A DNA stretch of 64,000 bases. Source: Octopus sinensis (Eukaryota). A model generated the notes under the pieces. It saw nothing but the letters and a program-made list of their open reading frames with translations. It made no database searches and had not been told where the DNA came from. Shown piece after piece: positions 60,727 through 64,000 of this stretch (within the stretch, counting starts at the first letter, position 1; each line of letters begins with the position of its first letter). Both the position numbers and the translations under genes were made by a program. Location: positions 11,594,001 through 11,658,000 of the forward strand of contig NC_042998.1 of the NCBI RefSeq assembly GCF_006345805.1, given 5' to 3'.

Positions 60727-62263
60727 GTAAGTATCAAACATTTGTTTATCTCTGTTTTGTTGTCACTTGAAAGTTTGCTTTATATTGAGTCATTAAAAGT
60801 TGATTTCAAGTTTTTAATTAGTTACTGATAATACACTCTTAATTATAGCAATTAATCTAAATAGGTTTGTTTGGATTATGTTATAAAAATATTTGAAGTT
60901 TGATGAAATATTGGTTTCTTTTGGATTGATTATTGTCAATTATTTATGAAACTATTGATCCAATATGAAAATATAATTAACCGCATAACATGTTATATAA
61001 CTGCTTACTGACCTAAATTTGCTATTTTCAGTATGAATAGCACCAACCATTAAATGCTTTCAAAGGAACTTTTAGGAGAAAACAATCTAGAAAAACTTTT
61101 AGTTTATTTTTGTTGTGATGGTTGAGTGGACAGAATGGGGATAGTTAGTGAAGTAAAGAAAATGGGTTCATATGGAAGCACCATAACAAAAAATATTTTC
61201 ATTGATGTTTTTGTCCATATTCCTGATGGAAATTTTGAAATTCCAAAAATGAGTTAACCCTATATGCCTATTGTTAATAATTTTTTATGCTTCAAATACT
61301 ACACTTTTATGCTTGGACGAGCTCTAAGGATTCTTTACATTTGAATTTTATTGCATTCAAGCAATAATGTTCAAAAAAATATCTGATGGTTGTTGAAGAA
61401 TTGACTTTTAAAAAGTGTGTTTGTATATATGTATACATGTATGTATGATATGTGTGAGAGAGAATGAATGAATGTGTGTATGTTATATGTGTTGTGTGTT
61501 TATGTATATTTACATATATGTCTGTGTGTATAATGTTTAAATATATGTAGTAATGAAACTTTTGGAAACAAATCAAAATAATTTATGTCTGCATATTGGT
61601 GATTTCAGTACTGTAGAGTTAAGAAAGTGAAGAACATACTCTCTGCAAAATCATGAGTTTAGTCCATGCTCCTAGCATTGTATTTGCATTTCACAAATAA
61701 ACTACTCTACACCACTATTTTCCTTGATCATCTTATAACTCCAGACATCATTTGTTATATTGGCTTAGCTTTGATTAACATCTTGCTGCAAAGTCTAGAA
61801 GAAAATCTAGTTTTCATAGATTTATGATGACACCTTTTGGTACTCCACTGCAATTACTAATCTCAAAATAAATAATAACAGTGAATATAGCCAGTGGGAT
61901 TGTCTTTTTTTGTTTTCTTAAATGGTTATCATAACTCTAGTAGGATGCAATTATTATAAACATTCCTTGAATATGATGCTGAGATAGCTTGGAATTTTGG
62001 TAAAGAGGGCTTTTGGAATTTTATTGTTCCAAACAAATTATGAGAGCCTGATATACAGATACAAAAAAATCTTTAATAAAATGGATTAAATTTTAAAAAA
62101 GCCATGTTGTCAATGTATATTTATGCCCCACATAAGTGTCGTCACACACACACATTGGTGAGTAAAGTTTGTTTGAAGCTGATGATTGACTGAGTAGTGA
62201 TGATTACTCATTAGCTTAAAACAGATATATGTAAATATTTATATATATACACGCGTGCGTATG

Positions 62264-62296
<33 letters not shown>

Positions 62297-62647
62297 ATCA
62301 CCGTGATCACCGTGACCGACCAGGCCATCAGATGCTGCTACACATCGCTGGTCACAATGCACTTCGCATTGTTTTAGCCTTCAAATGACACCACCCCGCT
62401 GGCTATATATATGCATGTATTAGAAAGCAAATTATTAATTCCAGTTTTCTGTAGCCATTGTAATTGTGTATATGGACAGATTGGCTGCTTGTTTTTCTGG
62501 TTTTGGTCAAATTGATGTAGACACCTCTGATGAGAATCCAGTAAGATGTGAAAATTAAGGTTGTTTTCAACCTATGGAGATATAGCTAGATTAGCCCTAT
62601 TTATATATCTAATATATAGGTTACATATGTGTGTGCTTGTCCATGCA

Positions 62648-62709
<62 letters not shown>

Positions 62710-63297
62710 TTCAAAATTAAAATAAAGTTCTTTTTTAATCTAAAATATACTCTCCTTCATTTTCTACAATGCTTTTCCATCTATATAATAACTGTTAAAA
62801 TCAAATTGCACTTGTCAAAACTTGTACTAAGAATAAGGACAAGTTAAAATTACTACCTACTTTTAAAGCAAGTTGATACAGGTAGTTTATCCCATTCCCC
62901 TCCTATTTTTAGTTCATACAATTGTAAAAACTGCATTTATGGGGTGACCCAATTTATATATATGTGTGTGTGTGTGTGTGTGTCTGACTTCATCTTCCAT
63001 GCTGGCATGGGTTTGATAGGTTGACAGAAGCTGCTAAGCTTCAGGACTGCACCAAACTCCACTCTGTCTGCTTTGACATGGTTTGTACAACTGGATGCCC
63101 TTCTTTATGCCAACCATTTTATAGAGTGAATTGGATGTGTTTTACATAGCACCAGTGAAGTGAATACTCTTACATTCAAAATTTATTTTTAATAATTAAT
63201 ATCTTTGTGCATTGATAAACAAGTTTATAAACAAAATATCTAAAAAAAAACTAAAAATGATTTTAACAAAAAACCTTTTTTGTTTTTCAATTTTCAG

Positions 63298-63456
63298 AAC
63301 TCTGTAGTTTTGTGGAAGATGAAAGCTCCTGAAAAGAAACCTCTAGTACGGAGAGAAGATCCATCTGAACTAAAGGCTATTGTACGCAAAGGTGCTCAGA
63401 GGAAGCGCATACAACCTGTCAAAGCTCTGAATGAATTTACAGAATTAAGCATCTAA
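63298..63456 (+). CDS. CTNNA: alpha-catenin terminal coding exon: NSVVLWKMKAPEKKPLVRREDPSELKAIVRKGAQRKRIQPVKALNEFTELSI*
   Basis: ttttcag acceptor; WKMKAPEKKPLV and PVKALNEF motifs; TAA at 63454..63456. Confidence 0.97.
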   Translation, partial: NSVVLWKMKAPEKKPLVRREDPSELKAIVRKGAQRKRIQPVKALNEFTELSI

Positions 63457-64000
63457 ATCTCCTGTTTGCTGGTTGTGGATGAGTTGCAGAAGAAAAAGAA
63501 AATGACTGTATTTTAGTAATCATCATCATTATCATCATCAAGAAATACATAGTGCTTGGAAATATCACATTGTTTACAAATATATAATTGGTTTTATAAT
63601 GTATTAAAGATTAAAATTTGTGAACAACGTATGTATGTATGTATGTATGTATGTATGGATATGTGTGCATGTACATAAGATCGTCTGACTTACTGTCTGA
63701 TTGATAGTTACAAAGAATTATAAACAATGTTTTTGCCTGAAAAAAGAGATGTTAAAGGTTCCTGATCAACAAATTTTATTTCGAATATTCTGAAAGTGTT
63801 AAACATAGGCATCTGACTATCTTGTTAAACTATAATGAAGTTGTGTTGCTTGATGTCATATTGAAAAGTTTCTGACTGTTTGTGTCCTTTTCTTAGAATG
63901 AAACAGGAGGCCACAAACTGTGTGGAACTGGTTGTTATTTAAGTAATAGACCCTTCACCTCTCCAGAGCACAGTTGTAAACTACAGGCGATGAAGCCCTA
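63457..64000 (+). other. CTNNA: Probable alpha-catenin 3' UTR (end not defined)
   Basis: Follows the stop codon; ATTAAA hexamers near 63603 and 63610; (TATG)n at about 63629..63656. Confidence 0.6.

Larger units (their letters stand above)
22027..63456 (+). other. CTNNA: Alpha-catenin gene, 3' portion: 13 coding exons (M domain, P-linker, actin-binding domain); 5' exons outside the window
   Basis: 13 exons with AG/GT boundaries and compatible phases join into one 1635-nt frame (544 aa + TAA) containing alpha-catenin hallmarks RDLRRQLRKAVVDHVSDSFLETNVPLLVL, WDDSGNDIIVLAKQMCMIMMEMTDFTRGRGPLK and WKMKAPEKKPLV. Confidence 0.98.

Noticed and set aside
61032-61040. ttttcag|TAT GAA TAG as an alternative terminal exon after VASTK
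   Set aside because: Short pyrimidine tract, no supporting poly(A) signal, and it would delete the conserved WKMK tail; chance is likely.

Overview
AT-rich, repeat-dense animal genomic DNA, most likely an Octopus species (inferred from its tRNA-derived SINE and RTE-tail repeat families). The + strand carries the 3' 13 coding exons of alpha-catenin (22027..63456; 544 aa plus stop, all GT-AG, including a 21-nt microexon). Bases 1..22026 appear to be the large intron preceding them, and the 5' exons lie outside the window. The introns hold SINEs, RTE and CR1 LINE fragments, hAT and piggyBac MITEs, a Helitron, Tc1 and mariner relics, microsatellites and a 100-N gap with a probable false duplication. 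Main hunt result: four unrelated type-I hammerhead ribozyme motifs, each near a (TA)n tract as expected for Penelope-like/retrozyme elements. One (60043..60147, GUC site) is in the sense strand of the pre-mRNA about 570 nt upstream of the microexon. There is also a truncated type-III hammerhead in a GC-rich insert and two decayed candidates. Other leads: a candidate internal start exon ending in ATG|GTAAGC that would give an N-terminally truncated alpha-catenin, a roughly 415-bp-arm Tc1 fold-back hairpin, a YCAY cluster before a symmetric exon, and a splice acceptor in frame with a CR1 reverse transcriptase ORF. All calls are by-eye reading, with no computation or database search.
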